DNA from: Nitrospirota bacterium
Lineage (GTDB): Bacteria > Nitrospirota > UBA9217
Direction of reading: 5' to 3'
DNA: 64,000 nt
Assembly (NCBI GenBank): GCA_963754875.1
Contig: CAVWHO010000017.1
Location: 32,001 to 96,000 of the forward strand
Below the pieces are notes generated by a model. The model did no database searches. It worked only from the letters and a program-made list of their open reading frames with translations, and was not told the origin of the DNA. The position numbers and the translations under genes were made by a program. Positions 1-12,808 of this stretch are shown here, piece after piece; position 1 is the stretch's first letter; each line of letters starts with the position of its first letter.

Positions 1-1
1 G

Positions 2-307
2 GATAATAAAATCTTCCTCAAGATTCAAGCTACCAAGAATGCTCCCGACACTTCTCTCCTTGGAGCAACAGGTCAGCCATCCATACAGAAAGCCGAGGCA
101 ACAACCGAGATTCTGCTTGCGAATGGTGAAACTGCAGTAATCGGCGGAATTATGATTACTGAAAAAAATGTAAACTATACAAAAGTTCCTTTTTTTGGTG
201 ACCTGCCTCTCATTGGTTGGCTGTTCAAAAACAAGACAAACACGGACACCAAACAAGAGCTTCTTATATTTGTAACGCCGAGGATCGTTAAACAGGAAGT
301 AATTTGA
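2..307 (+). CDS. pilQ: Type IV pilus secretin PilQ, C-terminal part (5' end outside window)
   Basis: Manual translation of frame 2 gives ...ANGETAVIGGI...KVPFFGDLPLIGWLFKN...QELLIFVTPRIV, the secretin C-terminal signature; TGA at 305-307. Confidence 0.85.
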   Translation, partial: DNKIFLKIQATKNAPDTSLLGATGQPSIQKAEATTEILLANGETAVIGGIMITEKNVNYTKVPFFGDLPLIGWLFKNKTNTDTKQELLIFVTPRIVKQEVI

Positions 308-503
308 GAAGAAAAGATATCCCGAAGCTTTTGAACAAGCAAACGAGAAAAATCAACATTCAATAACGTACTGTAATTTGTTATATAGTATGGCAATACT
401 GGCCACTCTAGGTAGAGTGACGCAATGTATGACAAAAAAGGCTGCACCCAGTAGAGCTTAGATTTCTATGGTGCTAAATTTTACTAATGCTGAGGTTCGC
501 AAA

Positions 504-977
504 ATGAGACTGACCATAAAGCTTATGTTTATTTTATTCCTCCTGCTTTTGGCGTCTACCTTACTACTAACGCCCGGCTGCGGCAAGACACTTACCGGCA
601 AAGGCAGCGGGGGGTGCGCGGAAAGGACGGCTCCGGATGGGTCCACAATAACGCCACCGACAAATCTCAGCGCTCCGTCAATCAGCGGGACCTGTTATCC
701 TGTTTTGACTTTTACAGTTAAAGGTTCAGACGGACTTCCCTTGAACGGCATCTGTGTAGAAGTATTCACGAATGCAAGCTTGGCGCTTCATTCAGGACTT
801 CCGGACTGCAGTAATGTTACAGCTAACCCGCAAAGCTCAATTATCGCGACGACAGACAGCAGCGGCAATGTGGTGATTGAGCTTGGAACGCCAGCAGCAA
901 CGGCAGGAACTACTTTTTTTGTGCAAGTGTCTTCAGGAGCTGCTTCTGCAGCAGTAACTACACCAGCTGCACTGTAA
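504..977 (+). CDS. Ser/Thr-rich lipoprotein with probable Ig-like domain
   Basis: GAGGT RBS before ATG 504; hydrophobic signal ending LTPGC; LTFTVKGSDGLPLNG and ATTDSSGNV resemble bacterial Ig-like strands. Confidence 0.65.
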   Translation: MRLTIKLMFILFLLLLASTLLLTPGCGKTLTGKGSGGCAERTAPDGSTITPPTNLSAPSISGTCYPVLTFTVKGSDGLPLNGICVEVFTNASLALHSGLPDCSNVTANPQSSIIATTDSSGNVVIELGTPAATAGTTFFVQVSSGAASAAVTTPAAL

Positions 978-1019
978 ACTAGGCTGTTCGCGGGAGACGA
1001 AGATTTGGAGGCAATTAAA

Positions 1020-1384
1020 ATGAGGTATATCAGGTTAACAACACTTTTTGGCGATTTCGGTATTGGGGTTTGACTAAAGTTGTCCACCTTCTAAGGTTGA
1101 TAGCAGCAGCGGAAGTGCGGCTGTTGTCCCCGGCAGTGCCGTAATTCCCTTAGCTTTAAACTAATTACAGCAAGCCCTTCTTCAATTTCAACATGCGGGA
1201 CTCTCAAATTAGATTGCATGTTGTGGGTACCATGAGTAAACTCGTACCTGATGCGGCTGTCGTCAAATTGAGTCTTTCGAGTATACGGTACCAAGGAATA
1301 GCGGTGTTGCAGTACACTCTCTCAGACGATATTTGGAACGTTCCGCAACTAGATGGGTATGGAGAAGCTACTGTTTTAAGATAA
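1020..1384 (+). pseudogene. Decayed lipoprotein gene with Ig-like fragments
   Basis: GGAGG RBS + ATG 1020; signal-like fragments (MRYIRLTTLF / LAISVLGF / SCPPS) and Ig-like fragments (ITASPSSIST, LVPDAAVVKLSLSS) spread over several frames with stops. Confidence 0.45.
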
Positions 1385-1394
1385 TAAACTGTGT

Positions 1395-1428
1395 AAATAC
1401 CCGCGGCTGATGTCGCGGGTATTTGTTT
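1395..1428 (+). terminator. Rho-independent terminator
   Basis: Stem AAATACCCGCG...CGCGGGTATTT followed by GTTTT. Confidence 0.7.
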
Positions 1429-1596
1429 TCTAGCGTTTTTACATGGGGAGTATTCCCAAAGAGTGTGCCTGGATCTATCTTTTATTTGGTTTCTCAGTTT
1501 TGTGAGAAAAATATATCATAACGCCTTGCTGGACGTGGGTTTTCTTGACTTAATGTGCGGCTCTGCCTCGCATGATGATTTGTTCAGAGAGGCATC

Positions 1597-2484
1597 ATGA
1601 TCTTTAAATCTACTCATACAACTTTATCAAAAATGACGATCGCTATAAAGGAATGCCGTCGTGATGCATCAACTGCGGACGGTCATTTTGGGGAGCATGG
1701 ATCCTCTTCGCCTTTTAGGCAATGGGCACTGTTCTTTGTGCTTATCCTGTTTGCAGGCTGCGCTTCCGTAAATAATCCACCCGTTGATATCCAAACGTAC
1801 GACTATGCCAGCGAGCTGTTTCAGAAGGGGTTGTACGGGGATGCACGCGATGCATACCGTTACCTTGCGGAGACTTATCCGAAAGCAGCATTGGCCGAGA
1901 AGGCGCAATACAATGCAGCGTACATCCTCGTTTACTATAAAAACCCCGACCAGGATTATTCCGGCGCTGAACGTGAGTTCGACGTTTTTTTACAGCACCA
2001 CCCAACGAGTAAACTCGCAGATGAAGCGAAGACATGGTTGGCAGTCCTCAAGAGTTTCGACCAGTCAAAAACGCATGAGTTCATGAACGAGGTCGAGTCG
2101 CTCTCAAAAAAAATTCATACTCTGTGGACCGAAATAGAGGACAGGCAGGCAGACGAAGAAAAACTGGGAAGAGAGAAAGATGCGCTCCTTGCAGAGAAGG
2201 AGGACCTGTCCAAAAAAGCCGATGAGTTGCTAAAGGAGAAAGAACTCCTGTTAAGCGAGAAAACTGCGGTAACTGCAGAGCGGGATGGACTTGTACAGGA
2301 TAAAATCGCCCTCCAGAAAAGGGTCTTGTCGCTGACCGAGGAGAAGAACCATCTTATCCTCGCGAAGAAAAAGCTGGAAAAGAGTGTTCATGATCTGACC
2401 ATGGTGGACGTAAAGATGGAGAAACAGCGAAAGAAGATTAAAAAAGAGGAAACGATCAAGGACAAAAGCTCAACCCCTCGCTGA
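1597..2484 (+). CDS. TPR (BamD/YfiO-like) lipoprotein with C-terminal coiled coil; start uncertain
   Basis: Lipobox LFAGC; TPR-like helices (YPKAALAEKAQY, HPTSKLADEA); heptad-rich K/E/L C-terminal half. Confidence 0.7.
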   Translation: MIFKSTHTTLSKMTIAIKECRRDASTADGHFGEHGSSSPFRQWALFFVLILFAGCASVNNPPVDIQTYDYASELFQKGLYGDARDAYRYLAETYPKAALAEKAQYNAAYILVYYKNPDQDYSGAEREFDVFLQHHPTSKLADEAKTWLAVLKSFDQSKTHEFMNEVESLSKKIHTLWTEIEDRQADEEKLGREKDALLAEKEDLSKKADELLKEKELLLSEKTAVTAERDGLVQDKIALQKRVLSLTEEKNHLILAKKKLEKSVHDLTMVDVKMEKQRKKIKKEETIKDKSSTPR

Positions 2485-2597
2485 GCGTTCGCCGTCAGTT
2501 TGTAGAAACATACGGTGACGTATTCACTTCATTATAAACAGGAATAATAAAACCAGCGGCACAACTGTTAGACTCTTGAGATGCGTAACCAACGGCT

Positions 2598-2793
2598 TTA
2601 CGCCGGATGTTGCCTGCTCATCCTCAGATTTTTCTGCTTTCGCTTCTGCGCTTCCCTTCCGTTTCTTTTTTAAAGAGGGTTTTTCATAAAACCATCTATT
2701 CTTCAACTACCGGAACAGCCCATCATGCTGCATTTTGCGCTTGAGCAGCCGGAGGGCTTTTTCGATGTTTTTATCATTTACTCTTATCTCCAA
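2598..2793 (-). pseudogene. rpsU: 30S ribosomal protein S21, with in-frame TAG and a frameshift
   Basis: TTG 2793: MEIRVNDKNIEKALRLLKRKMQHDGLFR*LKNRWFYEKPSLKKKRK, then shifted EAQKRKQK. The ALR.LKRK and FYEKPS motifs are typical of bS21. TAG at 2709-2707. Confidence 0.8.
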
Positions 2794-3122
2794 TTATTTT
2801 GCTTCTTTCCTCCCGATCCTCCTCGATCGAATCCGCGTTGGCCGCCTCTGCCGCCCCCGGACGTACCGCGCTCGCGCTGAGGTCTTGCTTCGCTCACATT
2901 GATTGTCCGGTCCATGACGGGAGTTCCATTGAGGGTCGTGATGGCCTTCTCGGCGTCCTCATCGTTTGCCATTTCCACAAATCCGAAGCCCCTCGATCGT
3001 CCTGTTGCGGCATCCGTCACAATCTTACTCGACGTTACTTCTCCGATTGCGGCAAAAACATCCTTGAGCCCATCCTCTGTGATCTGATACGGCAGATTCC
3101 CCACATAAAGCTTCTTTGACAT
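2784..3122 (-). CDS. RRM (RNP-1) RNA-binding protein with Gly/Arg-rich tail
   Basis: RNP2 LYVGNL, RNP1 RGFGFVEM, INVSEARP; AGGAGG RBS. Confidence 0.95.
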   Translation of the reverse strand: MSKKLYVGNLPYQITEDGLKDVFAAIGEVTSSKIVTDAATGRSRGFGFVEMANDEDAEKAITTLNGTPVMDRTINVSEARPQRERGTSGGGRGGQRGFDRGGSGGKKQNNWR

Positions 3123-3274
3123 GTTCGTCCTCCTGATACGGTAAATTTGATGTTATCCTTGCTCATGGTACTAATGATACCAGAAACTGAGCATTTTTGC
3201 AGGCACAGTATGACCGGATTGAAACTGACTCGGCTCTGGTCAACAAATCAACAAAAAAGACCGCAACAAGAAAC

Positions 3275-3312
3275 AAAAAAGGCTGCAAACTTATTACCGA
3301 AGTTTTGCAGCC
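3275..3312 (-). terminator. Rho-independent terminator downstream of der, upstream of the RRM gene
   Basis: Minus strand GGCTGCAAAACTT...AAGTTTGCAGCC followed by TTTTTT. Confidence 0.7.
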
Positions 3313-3391
3313 CGCAATTTAACAAAAACGCACGATTTTATATCTTGTCTCTGTTTTTTAAAAAAAATCTCTGTTGTTGCGAGAAGTCAAC

Positions 3392-4753
3392 TTATTTTTT
3401 TCGTGATGCTCTTTGCGCGAAGGGCAGTTCTTCTCTCCGGTTCTTTGCGAATATCCGGATCGGCGTGCCACCAAAACCGAAGGCATCGCGCAGGTTGTTC
3501 TCGATGTAGCGGAGGTAAGAGAAGTGTACGCCTGCGGGGTAGTTGACGAATACGATGAACGTGGGCGGCTTGATGCCTCCCTGGGTTATATAATAATATT
3601 TTACCCGTTTGCCGCGGTAGAGCGGAGGTTCGTGGGATGCGGTGAGCCGTTCGAAAATGCGGTTAAGTTCTGCTGTAGGTACCCGTTTTTCAGCTTCCTT
3701 GATCACGCGGTCGATCTCATCGAAGACCTTGGTAATGCGTTGGCGGGTTTTGGCAGAAATGGTAAGGACCGGGGCATATGCAGCGAATTTGAGCCGCTGC
3801 TGGATTTCGGCCATGAACCTCTTATAGGCCTCTTCCTTGTCAGGCACGAGGTCCCACTTGTTGAGAATGAGGATGAGCCCCTTGCCTTCATCATGGACCA
3901 GGCCGGCGACCCGCTCGTCCTGTTCGGTGATCCCTTCCACAGCGTCGATAAGTACGAGAGCGACGTCTGCCCGTGACAGGCTCTTTATGGCCCGCATGAC
4001 GCTGTATTTTTCCACACCCCGGCCGATTTTGCCGCGGCTCCGGATTCCGGCTGTATCAACGAGCGTATATTTTCTGCCGTAGTACTGGTAGATGCTGTCT
4101 ACGGAATCCCGGGTGGTGCCTGCGACGGGACTGACAATCATCCGGTCTTCGCCGATCAGCGAGTTCACAAATGAGGACTTCCCCACGTTCGGCCGGCCCA
4201 GGATCGAGATTCTCGGAATGTCGGCCGGTTCGTTATCCTGCAAGCCGGACGGCGACTCCGGCAAAAGCCGCCAGAGTTCATCCATGAGGTCGGAAAAGCC
4301 AGGGCCGTGCTGGGCAGAAAGCGGGTAGAGGGTGTCTATGCCGAGTCGGTAAAAGTCGGGGATGAGGCCTTCATGCTTCGCGCCGTCCACTTTATTGACA
4401 GCATAAATCACGGGTTTGCCCGACGCCCTGAGCCTGTGCGACACTTCGATGTCCGCGGGCAGCAGTCCCTGCTTGCCGTCAAGGAGGAAGATGATGATAT
4501 CGGCCTCTTCCACGGCAAGCGTGGTCTGGTCCCGCATCTTTACGTACATGGGGTCTTCGGTCTCAGGCTCAAAGCCGCCGGTGTCCACGAGCAGAAAGCG
4601 CTTGTTCTCCCATTCGGCCTCTGCATAATTGCGGTCGCGTGTGACACCAGGCATATCCTCGACGATGGCGAAGTTTCTGCCGAGGATCCGGTTAAAGAGC
4701 GTGGATTTGCCGACGTTGGGACGGCCCACTATGGCAACGACTGGTTTCGACAT
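3392..4753 (-). CDS. der: Ribosome biogenesis GTPase Der (EngA)
   Basis: Two GRPNVGKS P-loops, DTGG/DTAG, NKVD/NKWD, KH-like C-terminus. Confidence 0.98.
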   Translation of the reverse strand: MSKPVVAIVGRPNVGKSTLFNRILGRNFAIVEDMPGVTRDRNYAEAEWENKRFLLVDTGGFEPETEDPMYVKMRDQTTLAVEEADIIIFLLDGKQGLLPADIEVSHRLRASGKPVIYAVNKVDGAKHEGLIPDFYRLGIDTLYPLSAQHGPGFSDLMDELWRLLPESPSGLQDNEPADIPRISILGRPNVGKSSFVNSLIGEDRMIVSPVAGTTRDSVDSIYQYYGRKYTLVDTAGIRSRGKIGRGVEKYSVMRAIKSLSRADVALVLIDAVEGITEQDERVAGLVHDEGKGLILILNKWDLVPDKEEAYKRFMAEIQQRLKFAAYAPVLTISAKTRQRITKVFDEIDRVIKEAEKRVPTAELNRIFERLTASHEPPLYRGKRVKYYYITQGGIKPPTFIVFVNYPAGVHFSYLRYIENNLRDAFGFGGTPIRIFAKNRREELPFAQRASRKK

Positions 4754-4956
4754 GGTTTTATGAGCAAGGAACAGAGCGCAGCGTGCTTATACGGGCAAGT
4801 GAAAGAGGCACAGCAGATGACATCCCCCGCACCGCCCTTGATGATCTTAGCCTTGCACTATAGCACTATTGTCAGCGGCAGTTCAAGAAAAAACCTTGCA
4901 CAGCCCTGATAATTGTGTTATTTTTTATCACCAAACCGCTTATGAGGGAGGCCATC

Positions 4957-5481
4957 ATGCTAAGACTCGTCCTGCTGGCAGCGTGCATCGTCGTGTTCTC
5001 CGCTTCTTCCGCCCGTGCGGATTTCTACCGATGGGTGGACAAAGACGGGAAGGAGTTTTTCACTAATGACCCTAAACAAATACCGCAGGAATACCGCAAC
5101 AGTGCTTCGACAATAAAACCTGACGAATCCCGGGTGAGTGTGGGAGAACGGCCGGCAGCACCGGGAAAAACATCGGTAAAATCCGGCGACCACAAAGACA
5201 AGTACGGCAGAAACGAGGATTACTGGCGAAAGCGTGCGGAAAAGTACCGGCGTCAACTGAGAGATTTTCAGTATGAGTACGATCTGATCGTGAAGAAAGA
5301 AAAGGATGAGGACGACAATCCGAAGATTTTAACGAGTAGGAGAAAAAAAGCACTGGCAAGCCGCGAGAAAAAAAAGGCCCAGCTTGAGAAAAAGATCGTA
5401 AAGACGAAGAGAATACTGGACGTAGACCTGCCAGAAGAGGCACGAAGGGCCGATGCCTATCCGGGATGGGTACGTGAGTGA
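4957..5481 (+). CDS. Secreted DUF4124-type protein with coiled coil
   Basis: Signal peptide then FYRWVDKDG..FTNDP..IP; GGAGG RBS. Confidence 0.8.
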   Translation: MLRLVLLAACIVVFSASSARADFYRWVDKDGKEFFTNDPKQIPQEYRNSASTIKPDESRVSVGERPAAPGKTSVKSGDHKDKYGRNEDYWRKRAEKYRRQLRDFQYEYDLIVKKEKDEDDNPKILTSRRKKALASREKKKAQLEKKIVKTKRILDVDLPEEARRADAYPGWVRE

Positions 5482-5664
5482 ACCCGCAGTTGCAATGCCT
5501 CCAATCAGAGCAAATGCCCGCAAGAACGATGTCTGATCTGACTGAAGAATGCGGCAAAAAGAGTGTTTTCGATGCAGGAAGAAGTAGTTTTACGAATTCG
5601 GTTTCGGCAGCGCATGCTGTCCGGCGATGCACGATGCCCTCCGGCCGGACCGGGGGGTTATTTC

Positions 5665-6339
5665 ATGAAAAAGATAATTATTGCAGAACCCATCATACAC
5701 GACATCGAACGGAACAATACCGTATTCGGCCGGGGAAGCATCTCGGTCATTTCTGCCAGGTCATCCGAGGAAATTCTGAATCTTCACGGAGCTCATCAGG
5801 CGGACCTCATTATCACTGACTTCGAACTGCCGTTCATGGGTGCTGCACAACTCTGCTCCCTGATTCGGAACGATGCCGGCCTTAAGAACGTGTCGATCAT
5901 TATCGTCTGCAATGCGACCGATGCGTCACTGGCGGATTGCCGGGAATCGGGTGCGAATGCCGTCATACCGAAACCAGCGAGCCCGGATGCGCTCTTTGCA
6001 ACAATGTCCGAACTGCTCGTCGTTCCCCAGCGGAAGGACATCCGGGTCTTGCAGCGCATATCAGTGAAAAGCACCGAAGGGGACACTACTTTTTTCGCCC
6101 AATCGCTGAATATCAGCATTTCCGGCATGCTGATTGAGACCGACCGTACTTTCAAACAAGGCGATCGACTGACGTGCGCCTTTAACATCGCGCACAATGA
6201 GGTTGCTGTTGACTGTATGGTCATGAGAACGGATAGGACCGCTTCAGGAAAGCGACGGTATGGAATAAAGTTCATGAACTGCGATACAAAATCTCTTGTC
6301 ATCATTGATCATTTTGTCAAGACTCAAATAAAACGCTGA
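5665..6339 (+). CDS. Atypical receiver domain + PilZ domain protein
   Basis: DLIITD...IPKP receiver; RKDIR (RxxxR) and NISISG PilZ motifs; YGIKF. Confidence 0.85.
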   Translation: MKKIIIAEPIIHDIERNNTVFGRGSISVISARSSEEILNLHGAHQADLIITDFELPFMGAAQLCSLIRNDAGLKNVSIIIVCNATDASLADCRESGANAVIPKPASPDALFATMSELLVVPQRKDIRVLQRISVKSTEGDTTFFAQSLNISISGMLIETDRTFKQGDRLTCAFNIAHNEVAVDCMVMRTDRTASGKRRYGIKFMNCDTKSLVIIDHFVKTQIKR

Positions 6340-6440
6340 ATCGTCGCTGCGCTGCTAGAGAGAGCGGGCGAGATTGAAATAAAAAAACGAGGGACAGGGA
6401 TTTTTTCTGCAGACGACGTTTTCCGGGGAGGGGAGCAGTT

Positions 6441-8918
<2,478 letters not shown>

Positions 8919-8940
8919 TGCGGGTATAATGGTAAACTCC

Positions 8941-9519
8941 ATGAAAGCTGCTAAAATTTCATTTAAAAATGTCGTCTTGTCCAGGCAGCGGCTACAGGTG
9001 CCGTTCGCCGTGTTCTTTTTAGTCAGCCTGCTTCTCCTGTCGACATCCTGCGGCTACCATTTAACGTCGATCGACGGGATCGTTCCTCAAGGTGCGAAGA
9101 CCATAGCGATCCCCGTGTTTATCAATAACACCATGGAGCCCTACGCTGATGTGGAGGTTACGAAAGCCGTTGTGGAAGAGTTTCTCACCGATGGAAGGCT
9201 TAAAGTCGTGAGCGTGGACGCCGCAGACCTCGTTTTGCGGGGACGCGTGACGAGGTTCGATTTAACACCGCAGGCATATACGGCCGATACGCATGTGCAA
9301 TCGTACAACGTCGGCATCGGCGTCAGCATCAGCATTGAAGATACAAAAACACAGAAGCTGATTTTGCAGGATACCCCTTTCACTTCGGTTTTTACGTCCT
9401 ACTATTCAGTTACCCTGGGGGACATTTCGCAGACCAAGATAGCAAAAGACGCTGCAATGAAAAGCGCGTGTCAGGATCTTGCTTCCACGCTGAGAAGCAG
9501 AGTGCTCGAGGGATTTTAA
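8941..9519 (+). CDS. lptE: LPS assembly lipoprotein LptE family
   Basis: Lipobox STSCGYH; KTIAIPVFINNT; position between leuS and holA. Confidence 0.8.
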   Translation: MKAAKISFKNVVLSRQRLQVPFAVFFLVSLLLLSTSCGYHLTSIDGIVPQGAKTIAIPVFINNTMEPYADVEVTKAVVEEFLTDGRLKVVSVDAADLVLRGRVTRFDLTPQAYTADTHVQSYNVGIGVSISIEDTKTQKLILQDTPFTSVFTSYYSVTLGDISQTKIAKDAAMKSACQDLASTLRSRVLEGF

Positions 9520-9562
9520 AATCTCAACGACGTGACTGAAGACAGCATCGGGGTATTTAATC

Positions 9563-10558
9563 GTGAAGTACCAGGATTTTTTATCCAACCTCAGGCAGCA
9601 GAAGATCTCTCCTCTCTACCTGTTCTTCGGCGAAGAGGAGTTCCTGATCCAGGAGGCGCTCGATCTCCTTATCGATACGGTGGCGGAACCGGGTGCCCGG
9701 GACTTCAATTTCAACGTGCTCTACTGCAAGGAAACCTCGGCGTCCGAAATCGTTAATCTTGCCCAGACCCTCCCGTTCATGTCCAAGAAGCGCCTGGTGA
9801 TCGCGAAAGAGATTGATGCCTTCAAGGCCGCCGACCTGGAAGAACTCGTGCCCTATCTGAACGATCCTTCTCCGAGCACCTGCCTCGTTCTCGTATCAAA
9901 CCTGGGACGATATGAAAAAAAATCCGTCATCTCTGCCGTCGAGTCCCATGGCGGGGCCATACGGTTTTATCCGCTGCTCGACCGAGAGATTGTGGGCTGG
10001 ATCGAGTCCCGTGCCAAGTCTCTTGGTGTTACTGTCCAACATGATGCAGCCCAGTATCTCTGGCAGACGATCGGCAATGACCTCCAAAAGATCAAAAACG
10101 AACTTGAAAAGGTCAAGATTTATCTGAAAGAGAGAAAGACCATCACCTTCGATGACGTGAAAACCGTGGTGGGTGATTTCCGGGAATACAGTTCTTTTGA
10201 CCTTGCGGCGGCACTGGGCCAGAAGAACCGGGAAAAGGCCCTCCTGATACTGTCACGGTTGCTGCAGGAAGGAGAAGCGCCTGTGGGTCTGCTCGGCTCC
10301 ATCGCCTGGAACTTCCGGCGTCTTCTCCAGGCAAAATCCATGGAGGCCGCAGGCATCGGCCCCGATGAGATAATGAAAAAACAGAGGGTGATATTTCATC
10401 AGGCCGGCTTGTTCAAGGACCAGATGAGGCGTTATACTATGGATGAACTGCGGGAAACATTTTCTGTGATGCTTGCAGCGGACCGGTCGCTTAAATCGAG
10501 CGGCCTGAATGGACGGCTTGTGCTGGAGAGGATGATCTTTAAACTTTGCGGTACATAG
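9563..10558 (+). CDS. holA: DNA polymerase III delta subunit
   Basis: LYLFFGEEEFLI, QTLPFMSKKRLV, NELEKV, ADRSLKSSG. Confidence 0.95.
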   Translation: MKYQDFLSNLRQQKISPLYLFFGEEEFLIQEALDLLIDTVAEPGARDFNFNVLYCKETSASEIVNLAQTLPFMSKKRLVIAKEIDAFKAADLEELVPYLNDPSPSTCLVLVSNLGRYEKKSVISAVESHGGAIRFYPLLDREIVGWIESRAKSLGVTVQHDAAQYLWQTIGNDLQKIKNELEKVKIYLKERKTITFDDVKTVVGDFREYSSFDLAAALGQKNREKALLILSRLLQEGEAPVGLLGSIAWNFRRLLQAKSMEAAGIGPDEIMKKQRVIFHQAGLFKDQMRRYTMDELRETFSVMLAADRSLKSSGLNGRLVLERMIFKLCGT

Positions 10559-10615
10559 GAAGTGTAGTTTCGGTGTTTCGCAGGGCTGGCCGAACTGCGG
10601 CGGAGGGAAAAGAAT

Positions 10616-10644
10616 AAAGCGCCTTCGCTGGACGAAGGCGCTTT
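10616..10644. terminator. Terminator hairpin between convergent holA and rpsT
   Basis: Perfect stem AAAGCGCCTTCG-ctgga-CGAAGGCGCTTT. Confidence 0.75.
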
Positions 10645-10671
10645 GTCGTTTATGGATACTAGTACAAAAAA

Positions 10672-10942
10672 CTACGCGGCGGTGATCTTGTTGACCGTCA
10701 TGGAGAGGCGCGAAATCTTCCGCGAGGCAGTGCTCTTGTGCAGGATACCCTGAGACGCCGCCTTATCGTAGGCCTTCATGGCTTTGACCAGGGCTTCTTT
10801 TGCCGCGTCAACTTTTTTCTCGGCTGCAGCCATGCTCGACTTTCTTCGCGACGGTCTTGAGTGCTGATCTTACGGATTTATTGACGATATGCTGCTTGTC
10901 GGCTTGTCTCTGCCTTTTGATCACTGATTTGTGGATTGCCAC
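10672..10942 (-). CDS. rpsT: 30S ribosomal protein S20 (one extra base near 10830, likely sequence error)
   Basis: GTG start after AAGGAGG: MAIHKSVIKRQRQ...NKSVRSALKT; shifted frame ...YDKAASQGILHKSTASRKISRL; 271 nt = 270 + 1. Confidence 0.92.
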
Positions 10943-11081
10943 TTCTTGCCTCCTTGGGGTTAAAAACAGCTTATTCTTTTAACACAAATAACCCCCCAGT
11001 GTCAAGAAAAAAACCTTTTCTTACCGGCTGTTTTCTGATAAAGTTAGCCCTTATTTCCGGTATTTCCTGAGGTGCTTCAGT

Positions 11082-12663
11082 ATGTCAGAACAAGTCAAAG
11101 TCGCAAAAGCCGCGGGCATCGTCGGTCTTGCCACGCTCGTCAGCCGCGTCATGGGGTATATTCGCGACATGGTCATGTCCTGGGCCTTCGGCACCGGCAT
11201 CGCTGCTGACGCGTTTTACGTTGCTTACCGCATCCCGAATCTCCTGCGTGAACTTCTCGCCGAAGGCTCCATGTCCGCGGCCTTCATCCCGGTATTCACC
11301 GAAACGCTTACGAAAGACTCTAAAGAAAGCGCCCTCCATCTTGCAAATGCAGTCTTTGCCCGGCTGCTCGTCATCCTCCTTGTCCTGACCGGATTGGGAG
11401 TGATCTTTGCGCCCTTTATGGTCAACGTGATCGCCTGGGGCTGGGTACACAAGGCCGGAAATGAGGACAAATTCCTCCTCGGAGTAACCCTCACACGGAT
11501 CATGTTCCCCTATCTCCTGTTTATCGGTCTTGGCGGCGCTCGCCATGGGCATGCTCAATTCACTTCGTTACTTTCTCACCCCCGCGCTCTCGCCGGTCAT
11601 GCTGAACATTGTGACGATCAGTGCGGCGGTGCTGAGCATGCAGTTCCTGTCCCAGCCGATCATTGGTGTGGCCGTGGGCGTGGTCTTGGGCGGAATGTGC
11701 CAGTTCCTGATCCAGGTCCCCGGTCTCCAGAAACAGGGGATGAGGATGCGGCCGGAGTTCAAGCCGACTCACCCGGGCGTGAAAAGGATCGGCAGCTGGT
11801 CCTGCCGGTATTTCTGAGTTCCTCGGTGAACCAGCTCAATATTTTCGTCACGACCATCTTTGCATCGTTCCTCGCGACCGGCAGCATCACCTACCTGTTC
11901 TACGGAATGCGGTTCATCCATTTTCCGCTCGGCATTTTCGGCATCGCCATTGCCACGGCCGTGCTCCCTTCCATGTCGGCCCAGGCAGCGCGGCGGGAGA
12001 TGAATGAGTTCCGGGAGACATTCTCCTTTGGGCTTGCGTCTCGTGTTCTTCATCATGTTCCCGGCCATGGCGGGTCTCATCATGCTCCGCATCCCGATCG
12101 TGAGCCTTTTGCTCGAACACGGCCAGTTTGACCGCAGCTCAACGCAGGGTGTCGCACTGGCACTCGTGTGCTATGCGGTGGGACTTTGGGCCTTTGCGGG
12201 GGTCCGGATCGTCGTCCAGGCGTTCTATGCACTCCAGGACACGCGTACGCCGGTCTTCATCGCGCTCATTACATTTTGCTCAAACATCCTGTTGAGCGCC
12301 TTTTTCGTTTTCAAAACGCCGCTTGCCCACGGCGGCCTCGCGCTCGCTACGTCGCTTGCGGCGATGCTGAACATCAGCCTCCTCACCATCCAACTCAGGA
12401 AAAAGATCGGCAGGATCGATGCCAGCCGCATCCTGCGGTCCCTGGTTAAAGTTATTCCCGCGTCCCTTGCCATCGGCGTGATCGGCTGGTGGATCAGCAG
12501 TTACGCTCTCTGGGACCATCGAGGGAATACGCTGCGAAAGCTGGAATTGCTCGGCGGAGGCATGATTGCGAGTATATGCTTCTATATAGCTGCAATGTGG
12601 ATCATGAGAAGCGAGGAGCTGGAGTTCATCTGGGGGATGGTGAAAAGGAAGAGGCAGGCGTGA
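11082..12663 (+). CDS. murJ: Lipid II flippase MurJ (apparent frameshifts near 11530, 11794, 12030)
   Basis: SRVMGYIRD, AYRIPNLLRELLAEG, FPLGIFGIAIATAVLP, FYALQDTRTPV, HGGLALATS across frames; divergent from rpsT. Confidence 0.93.
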
Positions 12664-12808
12664 ACGCTGACTTCGAAAGAAGAAGATCGGTCATTCATCG
12701 CGATTTGGGCTGGATTGGAGTGGCTGCAGCAATGGAGAAAGTGTGTCGGAGAGATGATTTCTGTGGCGCAGCTTTCTTTATTATTCATCATAAATAAGGA
12801 GTAGAAAA

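Noticed and set aside
2707..2709. Pyrrolysine or amber readthrough in rpsU
   Set aside because: The position fits Glu via one G-to-T change, the gene also has a frameshift, TAG ends many normal genes here, and no pyl genes are in the window.
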